A DNA stretch of 63,177 nt, filler included, from Saprolegnia diclina VS20 (Eukaryota): the NCBI RefSeq assembly GCF_000281045.1. It is 5 parts of 5 records of this genome, joined end to end, with 100 filler letters (N's around TTAATTAATTAA, not from the genome) between each part and the next. Parts side by side here need not be neighbours in the genome. Positions count along the whole stretch, not along the records: positions 1 to 16,932 come from NW_008246267.1; positions 17,033 to 32,926 come from NW_008246268.1; 3 more parts are not named here. One strand, given 5' to 3'. Position 1 is the stretch's first letter. Each line of letters starts with the position of its first letter. Shown here piece by piece: positions 12,800-25,913 of this stretch. The notes beneath the pieces were generated by a model, which saw only the letters and a list, made by a program, of their open reading frames with translations, did not search any database and was not told the origin of the DNA. A program made the translations under genes and the position numbers.

Positions 12800-15700
12800 A
12801 TGCGTTTAACAAATTACTTAATGCAACTAAACACTCATCTACTTTGCGAATAAGCGTTTAACGCAGAACGCGAAACGATGAATGCTTGTAGTATTTTGAG
12901 TGCTTCGACGTCAATATCTTGCATGTGTGATAAGGGCACGGCTGCTTTAAGGTGGGCTGTGTCGTCAGAGCCGTCGCTCGAAGTAACATTTTCTTAGCAA
13001 CCCCTCTTACTTATGATACTGCATACCACGTCGCTTTAGCATAGACCCCTGACTTGCTGCAGCGTGCGGGAGGATACGTATTCCAGTACATTTAACGTCG
13101 GAGATAATAGACTTGGTACTCATATTCTTTGTATCATGACCAGCGCAGGCAATGTTCTCTATCTGCTAGATTTTTTGTGTATTTTTTACTGTTTTGCTGA
13201 TATAGAAACAGGTGGGTGGAGGTTGGGTGTATTTTTTTTTTTACACTGTAAAAATTTGGTACATCGCTTAAACTGGCTACTACTATTAAAACCAGAGGGC
13301 GTAAAATGGACCGCCGTCCGGAAATGCTTAACAGTATTTTGACAGCACGAGGCTCGTTGCTTTGTGTATTGCCCATTGTAATGAATTCAATGTCAGGTTG
13401 CGAAGACAGACGTAAAATTTTCGGAATCTATTTCGCCGTTAAACGCTTTGGATAAAATCGACGATCTAGTGCGTGACCTGGATATAATTTATGATTAGGT
13501 GTAGGCATGCTTATTTGATCATTGAATAGAACGAGGGGCGGCCCGGTGTAGTGATCGAGGCGTTTCACATAAATTCGAGCTCGAACGGATAGCGGGTTTG
13601 AATCCAGCTGCGCGAATGCAAATTCAATCGGCAAAAAACGCCGTGCCGTAACCTGTTTGGGATTGGCCAGAAGGGCGTTGTTAATCTCTCGGCCTCGATG
13701 GAAAACCTTCCACAACAAATTATAAAAAATACGCACTTTCGTCTAGCCGTCGTCTGCCCTCTAAACGCACCGTGTGTACAAGACAGAAAAACCTAAAGGA
13801 AATTATATCGCAATAGAATTATTCTAACAACAACCATTAAAAAGTTCTATTCATGTTTTTTTACTTGTTTAGGATGCAGGTAGAAAGCGCATTTGTGGTA
13901 AATGGCCTTGTGCATGCTCTTAACTGTTATAAGGTCGTCCACGCTACAAGTGTATCAGACACCACCAAGGTATTAAGTGCGTCCCTCTTGCGGCAAACAA
14001 GCGTATGCTGTGCATATTATTCTGTGTCACAATATGAGATATGAAACAAACTAACAGAGCCACCATAGAACGTTCTGGAAAGAAGTGCTTAGAACTTGTT
14101 TTTGAAGCGTCCCAGCACCACTCAAACCAACATCTAGAGGTGCCTATTTGGCTGCTAAGTGCCCTACAAGCAGAGCGAAACTTCGCACGATGCGTATGTG
14201 TGCCTAGAGTGTTGTTTGGCAATATTTGTTAGTGTAGCATGCTTACACTTTTTAAAATTATTGATTGTGGAGGTTTTAGGTTTATAGTCTATCCTCCTTG
14301 GAATGGCTGGCGTACGTAATTTGTTTCTAAACGTGTGAAGCGCTTGTTTGATTGGTGAATCGGTGGCAGTACTCTGTTCCGCTACGCAGTGACCGTTGAG
14401 CAAAGCAGCGTGTGGCTGATCATACTTCGACTTGATCTTACACCGTCTGCCGCAAGTTCTTGCTTGACAATGTTTTGCATAGCTCTGGAACGTCGCATGC
14501 AAACCTGTCGAATACAATGTAAGGGAACTGACTGCGGCATCGCCTCTCAATCAACTGTGACACCATGGTCTGGCTGCTCGACTTTGCTTGCAACATATCC
14601 AAAAAGTGTGTTGCCGCAAACCCGGGTTTAATCCATCCAAGTGGGGACGACATGAAATGAGAGAGTACTTGTCTCAAGAGACCGTGATGAAGCAGCTTGC
14701 TCATGACCGTCGAGAGGCCAAAACAAGAAATGAAGCGACAAAAACACGATGAGAGCCCGTAAGGATAAGTAATTGTGACAGTCCATTCTTTAAAAGTTTC
14801 TAGAGGACAAATGACGTGGGCAAATAGAAAGGCGAGGCTTGGTTCGATAGCCCCACCCCTATAACACTGTGACGCTTATTTTGACCGGGAAGCACTAAGT
14901 TTCTACCAGCGATAGACCCACCAGTCGATTTCCTCTTGAAATATGTCTCAGATAATCACAATACATGTACTCTACAGCTATCTCAAATGTGCTAGCGTCT
15001 GCTTTTTATTTGACTGACCTCATATTTTCAATTCTTTACAGAAAAAAGCTCCATTCGGTACTTCCTGACGACTGATGCTGAAGTCATCTATGCAANNNNN
15101 NNNNNNNNNNNNNNNNNNNNNNNNNNNNNNNNNNNNNNNNNNNNNNNNNNNNNNNNNNNNNNNNNNNNNNNNNNNNNNNNNNNNNNNNNNNNNNNAAACA
15201 CGATGAGAGCCCGTAAGGATAAGTAATTGTGACAGTCCATTCTTTAAAAGTTTCTAGAGGACAAATGACGTGGGCAAATAGAAAGGCGAGGCTTGGTTCG
15301 ATAGCCCCACCCCTATAACACTGTGACGCTTATTTTGACCGGGAAGCACTAAGTTTCTACCAGCGATAGACCCACCAGTCGATTTCCTCTTGAAATATGT
15401 CTCAGATAATCACAATACATGTACTCTACAGCTATCTCAAATGTGCTAGCGTCGGCTTTTTATTTGACTGACCTCATATTTTCAATTCTTTACAGAAAAA
15501 AGCTCCATTCGGTACTTCCTGACGACTGATGCTGAAGTCATCTATGCAAAGCGGTCCCACATGATGAGCGAGTGCGCACATAGGAGGTGCGGTTAGGGCA
15601 CGAATTACATGAAACCGATGTCGCCATGAATTGATGTGAATTAGTTGTATTAAAAGTTGGGAATGTTTGCGCTCTGATTGGTTGCGAATATGCACGACAT

Positions 15701-16271
15701 CAAGTGTTAGTTGCAATGATGAATTGTCACAATGATGCGGACTCGCCTGTCATACAAGTCATACATTGTACTACCTGCGTCCGACCTGTCACCCGCTGTT
15801 CTTGAAGCTATGATCTGCAGATGCAACCGGCAACAGCAAGAAATCGCGTCTGTCATCGCCTCCAAATCCAGGCCAACGAAGTCGACAGCTCCTCGCTGCT
15901 TTACACGAATGCGCGTTCTTCGGTCGATGGAGGCCCCGGAATACTGCGACATCAGCAAAGGTGTTAACAAAACGCTGCCGTTCCAGCTGAAGCGTCTACA
16001 ATTTCCTGTTTGTCTCGCATTTGCGAAGACTCTTAACAAGTCCCTAGGTCAGGCGGTCCCTCGCATCGGTATGTACCCACTGGAACCCATTTTTGCACAT
16101 GGGCAGCTCTACGATGCGATGTCATGGATCCAGGCACGTGCCAACATCGGGATCTTGGCTCTCAATCATTCACGACGACGTTCTCGACGAGACAGAGTGG
16201 AGAGTCATGTGCACTACGTCTCCATCATTATATTTCCACAATCTTACCATTCACAAGCTGCCTTCCGCTAA
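12800..16271 (+). mobile_element. Highly decayed Helitron (Rep/PIF1 helicase) remnant
   Basis: 15960-16160 encodes LPFQLKRLQFPVCLAFAKTLNKSLGQ...PIFAHGQLYDAMS, matching PIF1 helicase C-terminal motifs. Broken HEL..LKVG and TRL traces at about 15620-15750. Weaker Rep-helicase linker-like traces (HATSVSD, CLE..EA, RVLFGNI) at 13.9-14.2 kb. AT-rich; the left boundary is uncertain. Confidence 0.7.
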
Positions 16272-17134
16272 ATGAGTCGCCATAGGGCCACTAGGCTGAC
16301 CCCAGTATCGTTGTCAATCGAAGATAACGCAAAACACGTTCCATCTTTATTCTTTGATACGTATCGTGTGCATCTTGCACCGGGCCCAGTTCATCACAAC
16401 GAGAGCGTCGGCGTTGCCTAGGGCATCGACAAAGGGAATAAATGTGCCGCCACGCATCAGTCGCTTCGCTTAATGCAGAGCACGAGCCCTCCGTTCTCGA
16501 CGACGCCCTCGCGATACGTCCCACAGTGCCATTGGCCTGCCCTACGCATCCGAATTCATCGTTATCGAAGCGACATCGAACGCGGTCGAAGCATCGTGTT
16601 CCAATCTGGACTTTGCCATGAATGCATCTATTCTACATCAATCGGTCACTTTACGCAAAAATACAAGCTCAATTACCTCTTGCACGGTGTCATGATGTGG
16701 AAACCCCAAGGCGAAACGTGTTTACGCGTCATTGCTCACCTTGAACACAGTCCTCAGTTACCAACGTTCATGTTTGAGCATTTTATACGCTATTTTCTCG
16801 CGCGTTCGATGGGCCGCTTACGTTCTGTGATTGTCCCCTTACGTTGACTTTTAACTGCAAGCGTCTCCGAGCACTGTAGTCCAATGAGTTTGCTGTCCAA
16901 TGGCGCTGGTGATGTTGGTGATGACGGCACTCNNNNNNNNNNNNNNNNNNNNNNNNNNNNNNNNNNNNNNNNNNNNTTAATTAATTAANNNNNNNNNNNN
17001 NNNNNNNNNNNNNNNNNNNNNNNNNNNNNNNNCAAGACTCTAGGCTACTCGCTTCCTGGAGTCATAACTCTCCAGCGATACACGCTTGCATCGGCCTGGC
17101 ATGGCTTGACCGAACCAGACACAACACCAGCAAC

Positions 17135-17655
17135 GACCTCTCCAAGGAACTCAGGCAGATCAAGCAGCAGGCGACGTTTCCGTGGCGAGAGCGCTGCAAG
17201 ATTGCGCTCAAGATCATCACGGCGATCGAGTACCTCCATAAGTGGCGAATCGAGCACTTGGACCTCAAGTCGCTTAACATCATGCTCGCGCCCGAGAATG
17301 AGATTCCGATCGTTGACTTGGGTGAGGCCGTGCGCATAGCCAACCCCAACAGCTACAACGAAGTCGCTGGCGTCGGGACATACCTGTGGATGGTATCCGA
17401 GATCCTTGCCGGCCGAATGGTCCACGCCACGAAAGCCGACATTTTTTCGTTCGGTATCATTCTCTCGGAGATCGCAATGCTCGTCGAGCCCAACAGCGAC
17501 ATGAGGTTTACAACCGAGTTTGTTTTGGAGAAGAGCGTCGAAAGCGGCGTACGGCCGACGATGGACACGTCGGTTCCCGAGCGGATTTGCAAGCTGGAAC
17601 CCGAACGCAGATGAACGACCGACGGCTAGCCAGGTCAAGGCCTCCCTCGAACTAG
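17135..17655 (+). pseudogene. TKL-type protein kinase fragment
   Basis: IEYLHKWRIEHLDLKSLNIML..VDLG..GVGTYLWMVSE..KADIFSFGIILSEI. N-lobe absent (next to a gap) and a stop interrupts the C-terminal region. Confidence 0.75.
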
Positions 17656-17864
17656 CACTGGCCGAATACGCTAGGTCTGTCTAGCTAGATAAGGTACCAG
17701 GCAACATGATGTTCCTGTTCGCAATCTATATTTTGCTCTAAAACTACAATAGTACTGTGCATCTAGTTCTAGTAAGCAGATCCGCTACCTTCGTCGAGGT
17801 CGAATGTATGATCGTCTTACTAGCAATAGTACATCGATAGCATTGAGGTTTATATACGAAAGGA

Positions 17865-20800
17865 CTAGCGCGACACGCTCGAGAGGTATTTTTGCGAGAC
17901 AACGTTGCCAATACGAAGCACGAAGATCCAGATGACGAGCGCGAGTGCATCGTAGACACGATTCTCGTACTTGATCGAGGTCCCAAACATGTTGGTGACA
18001 AAGTCCTTCACGGCGACGGGGTGCGGCGACAGCACTTTGGACGGCGACCCCATGAGCACCGTGCTGTTGTTTAACAGAAACTGCGTGCCAAAGACGCCTT
18101 CGAGTACGTAGTGCAGCGGCGAGATCCAGTAGAGGAAGCGCCACCCGGTCGGAATACTGTCGTAATGAATGAAAAAGCCGCTGAAAATCGAAAAAATCGA
18201 GCTCAGCGCCCCCGAGAGCACCGTGGCGGTACGCAGATCCGGCAACGTCACGACGAGCCATTGGCCGAGGTACGTCGCATACAAAGTGTAGAGGAAGAAG
18301 AAGAGGAGGAACCACGGAAAGGCCTCGGCGTTGACCGTGTTGAGCCCCACTGCGTAGTAGAATATGACCACGTGAATGACCGCATTGAGCATGACGAGCG
18401 GAATTTCGACGAGGCCAAACACGATCGAGTACGGACTCGTCGCGTACATGCCGGACGATGTTTCTCGAAAGTACACCATGCGCTCGGCGTCGACGACCGC
18501 CAGTCCTAGAGCAGCGTCCCATTGGTATCAATGTATCGAGTGCGCCATTTTTCTACCCGTGTTGATGGAGATGATGCCCATAAACATGGGGTAGATAAAG
18601 CAAATGCCGAGCTGCGACTGCACTTGGGTCGAGTACTGGAGCTCGGGCACGGAGCAGAGGATCCCGAGCAAGCACGCGATAAAGATGCCGACCACGAGAC
18701 GACCGATGCTATAGTCTTTTGTGCGCCAGTACTTGCGCGCGGTGCGCAGTAGGAGGAGGCGGAACTGATGCGAAAACACCGACGACGGGCGCTCGGTGGA
18801 CTTGGCGATTAGTACATTGGATGTCGATGCGTTGGGCGTCACGACCGTCGTGATGGCTTGGAGGTTGCGCGCTTGCATTTCCGACTTAGTGTAAATTTCG
18901 TGAAAATCAATTGTCGGATTGCCCGCGAGCGCATCAAGCATGTACGTTGCGGGGTTCTCCGTCAAGCCGCACGCGCGGACGTTTGGAATCGACTCGAAGT
19001 GGCGAAGGAGGTCGGCGCTCTCGTGCCCAATTGGACCACAGTAGACGGTGCGGCCGCCGGCTTGGAGCAAAATGAGTTTGTCAAACAGCTCAAAAAGCGA
19101 CAAACTCGGCTGGTGGATCGTGCAAATCACTGTGCGTCCGGCGGCGGCAATGCGCTTGACGGCGACCATGACCACATGGGCGGCGTGCACATCGAGCCCA
19201 CTCGTTGGTTCGTCTCTACATACAAATGAAAAAATGATACAAAAAGGAAAAGAATCGTCTTTGTACAAGAAGAGCACGGATGGATTTGCGACCAGTTCGA
19301 CGCCGATCGTGAGTCGCTTCATTTGCTCGCTCGAGAGCTCGGACAGCATCTTCTTGGACTCGGTCACGAGCTCTAAGAGATGGATCGTCGAGTCGACAAT
19401 GTTGTTGGCGTTGCTCTGCGCGCTCTCGGGCAGCCGAAGCAGCGCGCTAAAGTGGAAGGCTTCGTCGAGCGTCGTCTTCATGCAGTGAATGTCTGTTTGC
19501 TCGACGTAGCCAAACCGCTTCTGATCGGCTTTCGTGAGCGGTTGGCCGTTCACGTACAAGTTGCCCTTGATCACCCCCGTGTTTTTTCGGCCAGCAAGCA
19601 CATCCAAGAGCGTGCTCTTGCCGGCGCCGCTCGAGCCCATGAGCGCAGTGAGCGTAAACGGCCGGCAGTGCCCATGGATGCCCTGGAGAAGCACGATAGT
19701 GTCCGAGACAGCGCTCTTACCCTTGCCCTTCTTGTGCTGGATCTACAGTTGAGGTTCAACACGAGATTCCCATTCCGTACCGAGTCACCTGGACAGTGTA
19801 AAAGAGGTCCTGGAACGAGAGCGACGTCGGGGTAAACTCGACGGGGTGTTTGTTGACAATGTCGTTGACCGAGGCGCGAAATGTCGTTTGCGATTTCTTG
19901 TTGAAATGGTACAGCAGACGCGAATGGTGCTGGGCCGCATGCACAATGCGCGGGCGCACAAATTTGTACCCTGCTGTCGCAAGCAGCACCATGGCAGCGT
20001 AGAACCCGAGAAGGTAAATGACACCGTTGAGGCGGTAGCTTCGGTCGAGCGAGACACCGTAGAGCGTCAAGTAGTAGTCGCCAAGGCGCAGCTTGAACGC
20101 GGGCTGGAGCGCATCGTACGCAGGCTCGGACGACCCGTACTCGTTGATGAGGAGCGCGCGGAAGGTCCAGGCACCAGGATTGATCCAGTAGATCCACGAA
20201 AGGCCCTTCGGCATTACATCGTAGAGAATCGCAAACCCGGAAAAGACGATTTCGAGGAAAATGAGTCCTGATGCGCCCGAGACGCCGGCCGTCGGCGTCG
20301 GCGCCATGGACGCAACGCTCTTGAACACTTGGCACATGCACACCGAGTTGAGGAAGACGACGAGGTAGTAGAACCCGTACTCGACGCCGGCCCCGTCCGG
20401 ATTCGCAAAGCCGCACATCCAGTACGACGTGATGGTAAAGAGGAAGACTTGGATCATGGCGGCACCGACTTCAATCACCGACTCGGAAAACGCGTAGGCA
20501 AGTGGCGGGTAAAAGCCAAAGTACGCTTGCTTGTGGAAGATGTTGCGCACTTCGATCGTGTAGGCAATGTTGGAAATCGTCGTGACGGACGTGAAAAGGA
20601 TTGTGAGAAACACGAGACCCACTTTAGCCGGCACGGTCGACGGCCCAAAGCCCACCTGCCAGAAAAGCGAACCGATGATGAGCCCAAATGCAGTGTTTTG
20701 GCCGACGCGGACGCGATTGAAGCGCTTGTCCCGAAGCACCAGCTTCCATTGCCGCGCAAACACCATCTTGAACGTGCGCCACGCCGATGGCCGCGCCTTG

Positions 20801-21882
20801 GCAAGAATGGACGTCGATGGCACTTCAGTGTCGGGGCCGTGGCGCGCGCCATAGTACGATGACGCAGCAAACGCAGCTTGGAACTCACTGGGCGTCGACG
20901 GCAGCTTGGCGAGCCGCGGTGAGTATCCGTTCTCAGGCGGCAGCGTGTAGCTCTGGCCGAGGTCGGTTGTGACTTCTTGGAGAAAGTCGGCTTCGTCGAC
21001 GCGCGCGGGGGCGGCGTACCCGACCGAGCAAAAGTACTCGGCAACTGCAACGCGGGGGCCCATGTAGGCGACGTGGCCGGCGTTGAGGAGAATGATATTG
21101 TCAAAGAGCGCGTAGACCTCGGGAGGTGGCTGAAGCAACGAACAGACAAATGTGTACTGGAGCGTCGAGCACATGTCACGCAACTTTTTGGTCAAATCGA
21201 GGGTCACGGTCGTGTCGAGGCCCGTCGAGTACTCGTCGAGGAGCACGAGGCTTTCCTTGCCCGTGAGCATCTCGGCGATCGTGACGCGCCGCTTCTGGCC
21301 GCCGCTGATGCCGCGAATCATGTCGTTGCCAACAAGCGTGTGCGCGCAGCCACGCAAACCGAGTCCGTCGATGATCGCGTTGGCGGTCCACACGCCGTCT
21401 TCCCCGGCGGCCGCGCGGCACGTGTGGGCAAACTCGATCGTCTCTTGGACCGTCAACGTCGGAATATGGTCATCTTTCTGACCGACAAAGGCGGCGAGAT
21501 GCTTCATCGGTAGCGCATTGGGTGGCTTGCCGTTGTACTTTACGTCGCCTTGCAGGCGGTGGCTTTTGGAGCTAGGACCTTTGTAGTGGTAGACGCCCGC
21601 GATCGTCTTGAGCAGCGCTGTTTTACCGCAGCCGGGCGGACCCAAGATCTACATGACGCAAGTACTTAGAAGATCGCAGTCAGTATTGGAGCGTGCGCGT
21701 ACCAGCGTCATCGTGCCAGGCCGAAACGTGGCCGAGATGTTGTGCAATATGTACTCGGGGTCAGTCTTTGTGGACGGCTTTTGCCACGTAAACTCATCGA
21801 GACGCACCGCAATCGGGGGCCCGGCTTGATGCGTCTCTCGTAGTTGCTTGAGGAAGCCTGCAAAGGCGTCCGCGCTGGCCAT
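17865..21882 (-). CDS. Full-size ABCG (PDR-type) transporter, multi-exon
   Basis: NBD1 has GPPGCGKT, ISGGQKRRV and LLDEYSTGLD, followed by TMD1. NBD2 has GSSGAGKS, LSSEQMKRLTIGVELVANP and DEPTSGLD, followed by TMD2. Short introns near 21.7, 19.77, 19.24 and 18.53 kb. Confidence 0.93.
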
Positions 21883-22451
21883 TTCCAAAACCAAACTCCG
21901 AGTCGGTGGAATTAGAGTCACTTAAAATAGCGTGCAACCGATGGCGCGACGCAACCCAGGACGCATCCTGCCTTTCTGTTGGCGCGCATCGCGACATATA
22001 CTCCTGCTCAAGCGTTCTGGACGACCTCTGCGTCATCCGTAGAGTCGCCTCGTTGACCCAGTGCAGCAAATACCGCCGTGTTCATGTTGTATTGACGCTA
22101 CCATCGTCATGTCGAGTGCTCTACGTAGGCCGAAAAGTGGCGCGAAAACTGGTCGATACGCAATCACTGTAGGCCCGAGCACCCAACTCTACGGTCTGTG
22201 CATTGTATCCGGCTCAGATCTTAGCTAATGTATTCGTGGTTATAGCAGCAGGAGAGTTCTTCAAAGCTAGTGCAATGTGGGTCGATCTCGGCTCAAAACT
22301 CGACGGCGCCTGGCTACACGTGTGTCTAAAAATAGATTTGCTGGATACGTGACGGCGGGCGTATCCGGATGCTTGCGTCCGGACGGTGCTGGGGATTTCC
22401 ATTTTCGTGTTTCTTTGGAAAGGGTTGTTACAAGATATTGGCGTCGGCGCG

Positions 22452-24115
22452 ATGGACGACGACGGTGGTAGAGCAAGCGCGGTCGCGACGGCGTCGCCCC
22501 GCGTCCAGATGCGAGGTAGATCGGCGCATGCGTGGCGCGGCCCATGACGCTTCTCGGCTTCGTAGGCGGCTGGTCCAAGGAGCCCCTCGTCGCCGAGCGC
22601 ATCGACGCGTACCTACTGCAATGGGACAAGACGGCGCAGCCGCTGCCTGATGTGTTTGACACGACGACGCGCAAGCCTGCGAACGAAGCCGACATTGTAT
22701 CGCATTTTGCAGCGTGCATCAAGTACCACGACACGACGCTGAATCGAACGCAGTTCATCAAGGAGTATGGCGAGCTGCCGCGCAGCCGCGACGACGAGAT
22801 CCTCCGCCTGCGCGAAGCTCTCGTTGAGCAGTACTGCATCGATATTGAGATGGACGCGAAAAAGTAGGCGCGCGTGAAAATGGGCTCAGCGACATGCCTG
22901 TGTCTAGGGCTGCCGTATTGCGCAGCGACGACTCGTGGATGGACGAGGTCGACGCCGTCGTGCCCACGGCCCATCGTGTACCAAAGCCGTCGCCAACGGA
23001 CCGGCTCAAGTACATCACGTCGCTATGGCCAACCAACATGCCCCACTTCAAGGACAGCGACGAGAGCCTCGACTATTTCGGGTTTGAAGTCGGTATTTAC
23101 ATCGAGCCAGAGACTGCGCCGACGACGACGACCGACGCCAAGGACGACGACGAGACCAAGACAAACGACGAGAGCGAGGTGGATGCTGCGCCCGAGACTG
23201 TGCAGCAGCTGGCGATCGGCCACTCGTCCAAAGAAGAGAACTGGGTCCAATGTGACAAGTGCCAAAAGTGGCGCAAGCTGCCAGGTAGGTCTCGCCAGCT
23301 GCAGCGGCTCGTTATCCGACTGTGAGCTAGACACGGTCGACGTCTCGGGGCTGCCTGCGATCTGGTATTGCCGCATGAACAAGTGGAGTCGTCGCTTCAA
23401 CGTACGCTACCTTGGTATGCTACGAGGAGATATGAGAGGCTCTTCCTATAGAAATGCTCGGCGGCCGAAGAGACCACGGTCGTGCCCCTCAAAGACACGG
23501 ACCTCAAGTCGCTCAAGGAACGCAAGTTTGTGTACCAATTTGCCCAGCGTCTCAAGCGGATGGAGAAGGCCATGCAGGACCTCAAGTATACCGACGCCAA
23601 AGACGACGACGGTAGCCGGCAGTTTGTGCAGTGCCAAGTGTGCCACAAGAAGCGCCCGCTTCTCGCAGGCATGGACCCGCGAAAAGTGCTACAGGTAGGT
23701 CGCCTTGCCGACGTGCAATGCACTCACATGCTACTGGTGCTAGCCGTTTGTGTGCTGGATGAACAGCTGGGACGAACTGCACGCGAGCTGCTCGGCGCCG
23801 CAAGGCGAGCTCGTCGAACGATCGCCCGAGTCGTCGCCGGCACCAGAACCCGCAGCGCCGAGACCCAAAAAGCTTAAGGACAAGGACGCGCCCAAGAAGA
23901 GTGAGAAGGAGCCAACGAAACGAACCAACAAGGCGGCCAAGGCCAAAGCCGGGTCGCTCTCGGGCTCGTCGGCGTCGGCGCCACCGCCGTTGTACTCGTC
24001 GTCCGAGGAAGACAACGTCGTCGTGGCCAAGACGACTTTGACCAAATCGGCCACGACCAGTAAGCGCAAGGGCACGAAAGACGCGGCAAAAACCCGCAAA
24101 AAGGTGAAAAAGTAA
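22452..24115 (+). CDS. Protein with two CW-type zinc fingers and a Lys-rich tail, multi-exon
   Basis: ENWVQCDKCQKWRKLP..WYCRMN..C and FVQCQVCHKKRPL..FVCWMNSW..SCSAPQ, joined across short introns. First exon MDDDGG.. splices (22516-22565) in frame to GGWSKE. Confidence 0.8.
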
Positions 24116-24123
24116 CGTTTTGG

Positions 24124-25714
24124 TTACAAAATGTACTTGGTCAAGTCGGTCTTTTGCAAAATGTCCTTGAGGTGCTCTTGCACGTACGCCTTGTCGATGG
24201 TAATCGTCGACGCTTTGAGCGACGGCGCGTGGAACGACACGTGCTCCGTGATCTTGGCGACGACCGTCGCGAGGCGTCGCGCGCCAATGTTGTCCGTCTG
24301 CACGTTGACCTGCGACGAGACGGACGCAATTTCGTCGATCGCATCGTCGGTAAAGACGACGCTAACGTCTTCGGTGGCCATGAGCGCACGCACTTGGTCG
24401 AGCAAGTTGTACTAATAAGATCTCACATCCGTCGGGACCTCTATTGCGGCAGAAGAGGCGCTCGGTGTACCTGCGTCTCGGTGAGGATGCGCACAAAGTC
24501 CTTCTCCGTGAGCGGCGAGAGGTTGACGCGGATCGGAAGCCGGCCCTGGAGCTCAGGCATCAAGTCGGACGGACTGCAGTTGTGGAACGCGCCTAGAACA
24601 CGCTTTGAGTGAAAATGCGGAGCGACGGATCGAGCCGACCGCTGGCAATGAAGAGGATGTGGTCCGTGTGCACAATGCCATGGCTAAGAAATACTCTGAA
24701 ATGTGGACGAGTTGTCATTCGAGAGGCGTACCGCGTGTGCACGGCACAGCCTTCGGTGAGCGCGAGGAGCTCCTTCTGCACACCTTCGCCCTTGCGGAAG
24801 CTCCGGTTGTCGTTGTTCTGCGCGAGCTTGTCGACTTCGTCGAGGAAGACAATGCCGTTCGTCTGGACGTTTTCGATCGCGCGCTGCACAATGTCGTCTT
24901 CGTTGAGGCCGCTCACGGCCTCTTCCGCTTCGAGCTTTGGGAGGGCTTCTTTGACCGTCATGGTTTGGCCTTGCTTCTTGGGCTGCCCGTCGCGGGCGCC
25001 AAGGACGCCGCTGAGCTGCTTCATCATCTGCTGGAGCTCGGGCGGCAGCTCCATCATCATGTCCTCGGGCGACCCGCGTCGGCGATGGGTCGACTCGATC
25101 GGCTTGAGCACGACCGTGATGTGACGATCATCGGCATCGCCCGACGCAATGTCAGCGCGCAACTTGCGGCGCAACGCGTCCGACGACGAGTGCGCGGGCG
25201 CAATGAGGTCCAAAACGCGCTCGATCGCACGGGCACGGGCCGCGCTCGCGTTCGCCTTCTTGGCGGCCTCCCGCTCCATGTCGATGGCAATGTCTGTGAG
25301 GTCCTTGATCATCGAGTCAGCGTTCGACCCGTAGACACCAACCTCGGTGAACTTGGTCGCTTCGACCTTGACGAACGGGGACTGCGTGAGCCTGGCCAAG
25401 CGACGCGCAATCTCCGTCTTACCCGAGCCCGTCGGGCCGCTCATGAGGATGTTCATCGGTGAAATCTCCGAGCGCATCGGCCCGTCGAGCTGGCGGCGGC
25501 GCCAGCGGTTGCGCAACGCGATTGCCACGGCCTTCTTGGCGTCGGTCTGCCCAATGATGTGCTGGTCCAGCTGGTACACCACTTGCTCCGGCGTCAGCTC
25601 ATTGGACGCATCTGGGCTGGCCGCCTTCGGATCCACGAGCATGAACGAGCTAAACGCCTTCGTTCCTTGGTGGGCATGGGCGCGCCCGAGGAAGCGGGTC
25701 CGCTGAATGAACAT
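24124..25714 (-). CDS. hslU: HslU/ClpY ATP-dependent protease ATPase subunit, probably mitochondrial
   Basis: [21 protein letters not shown], Walker A GPTGSGKT, Walker [17 protein letters not shown]-terminal DLTKYIL. Arg-rich, acid-free N-terminus. Three short introns. Confidence 0.93.
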
Positions 25715-25913
25715 CGCGATGCTTCTGCCACAAATCACAATTGTCGATCCTCCGGGAGGCTTCATTGGCTCCATCAACTGACGTATTTTGGCCAATCAGA
25801 GCTGGTATTATTGCATCCATGGGATTGGATAGAATGCTGGCTATTTCAGCCAATCGTCATCGAAGGAGTCCAGTTTCGCGGTCAACCAATTCGGAGGAAG
25901 CGGCAGGAGCAGC
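25715..25913. promoter_or_regulatory. Putative bidirectional promoter between hslU and NSE1 with several CCAAT boxes
   Basis: About 200 bp between divergent ATGs. CCAAT/ATTGG occurs five times (near 25765, 25792, 25824, 25850, 25886). Confidence 0.55.

Noticed and set aside
14742..15549. Near-perfect direct repeat of about 354 bp on both sides of a 100-N gap
   Set aside because: Typical unmerged contig or haplotype overlap rather than an LTR or true tandem repeat.
16933..17032. TTAATTAATTAA palindrome inside N runs (also at 32971, 47923 and 60228)
   Set aside because: Artificial six-frame-stop linker at contig joins, not biological. Adjacency across these joins is unverified.
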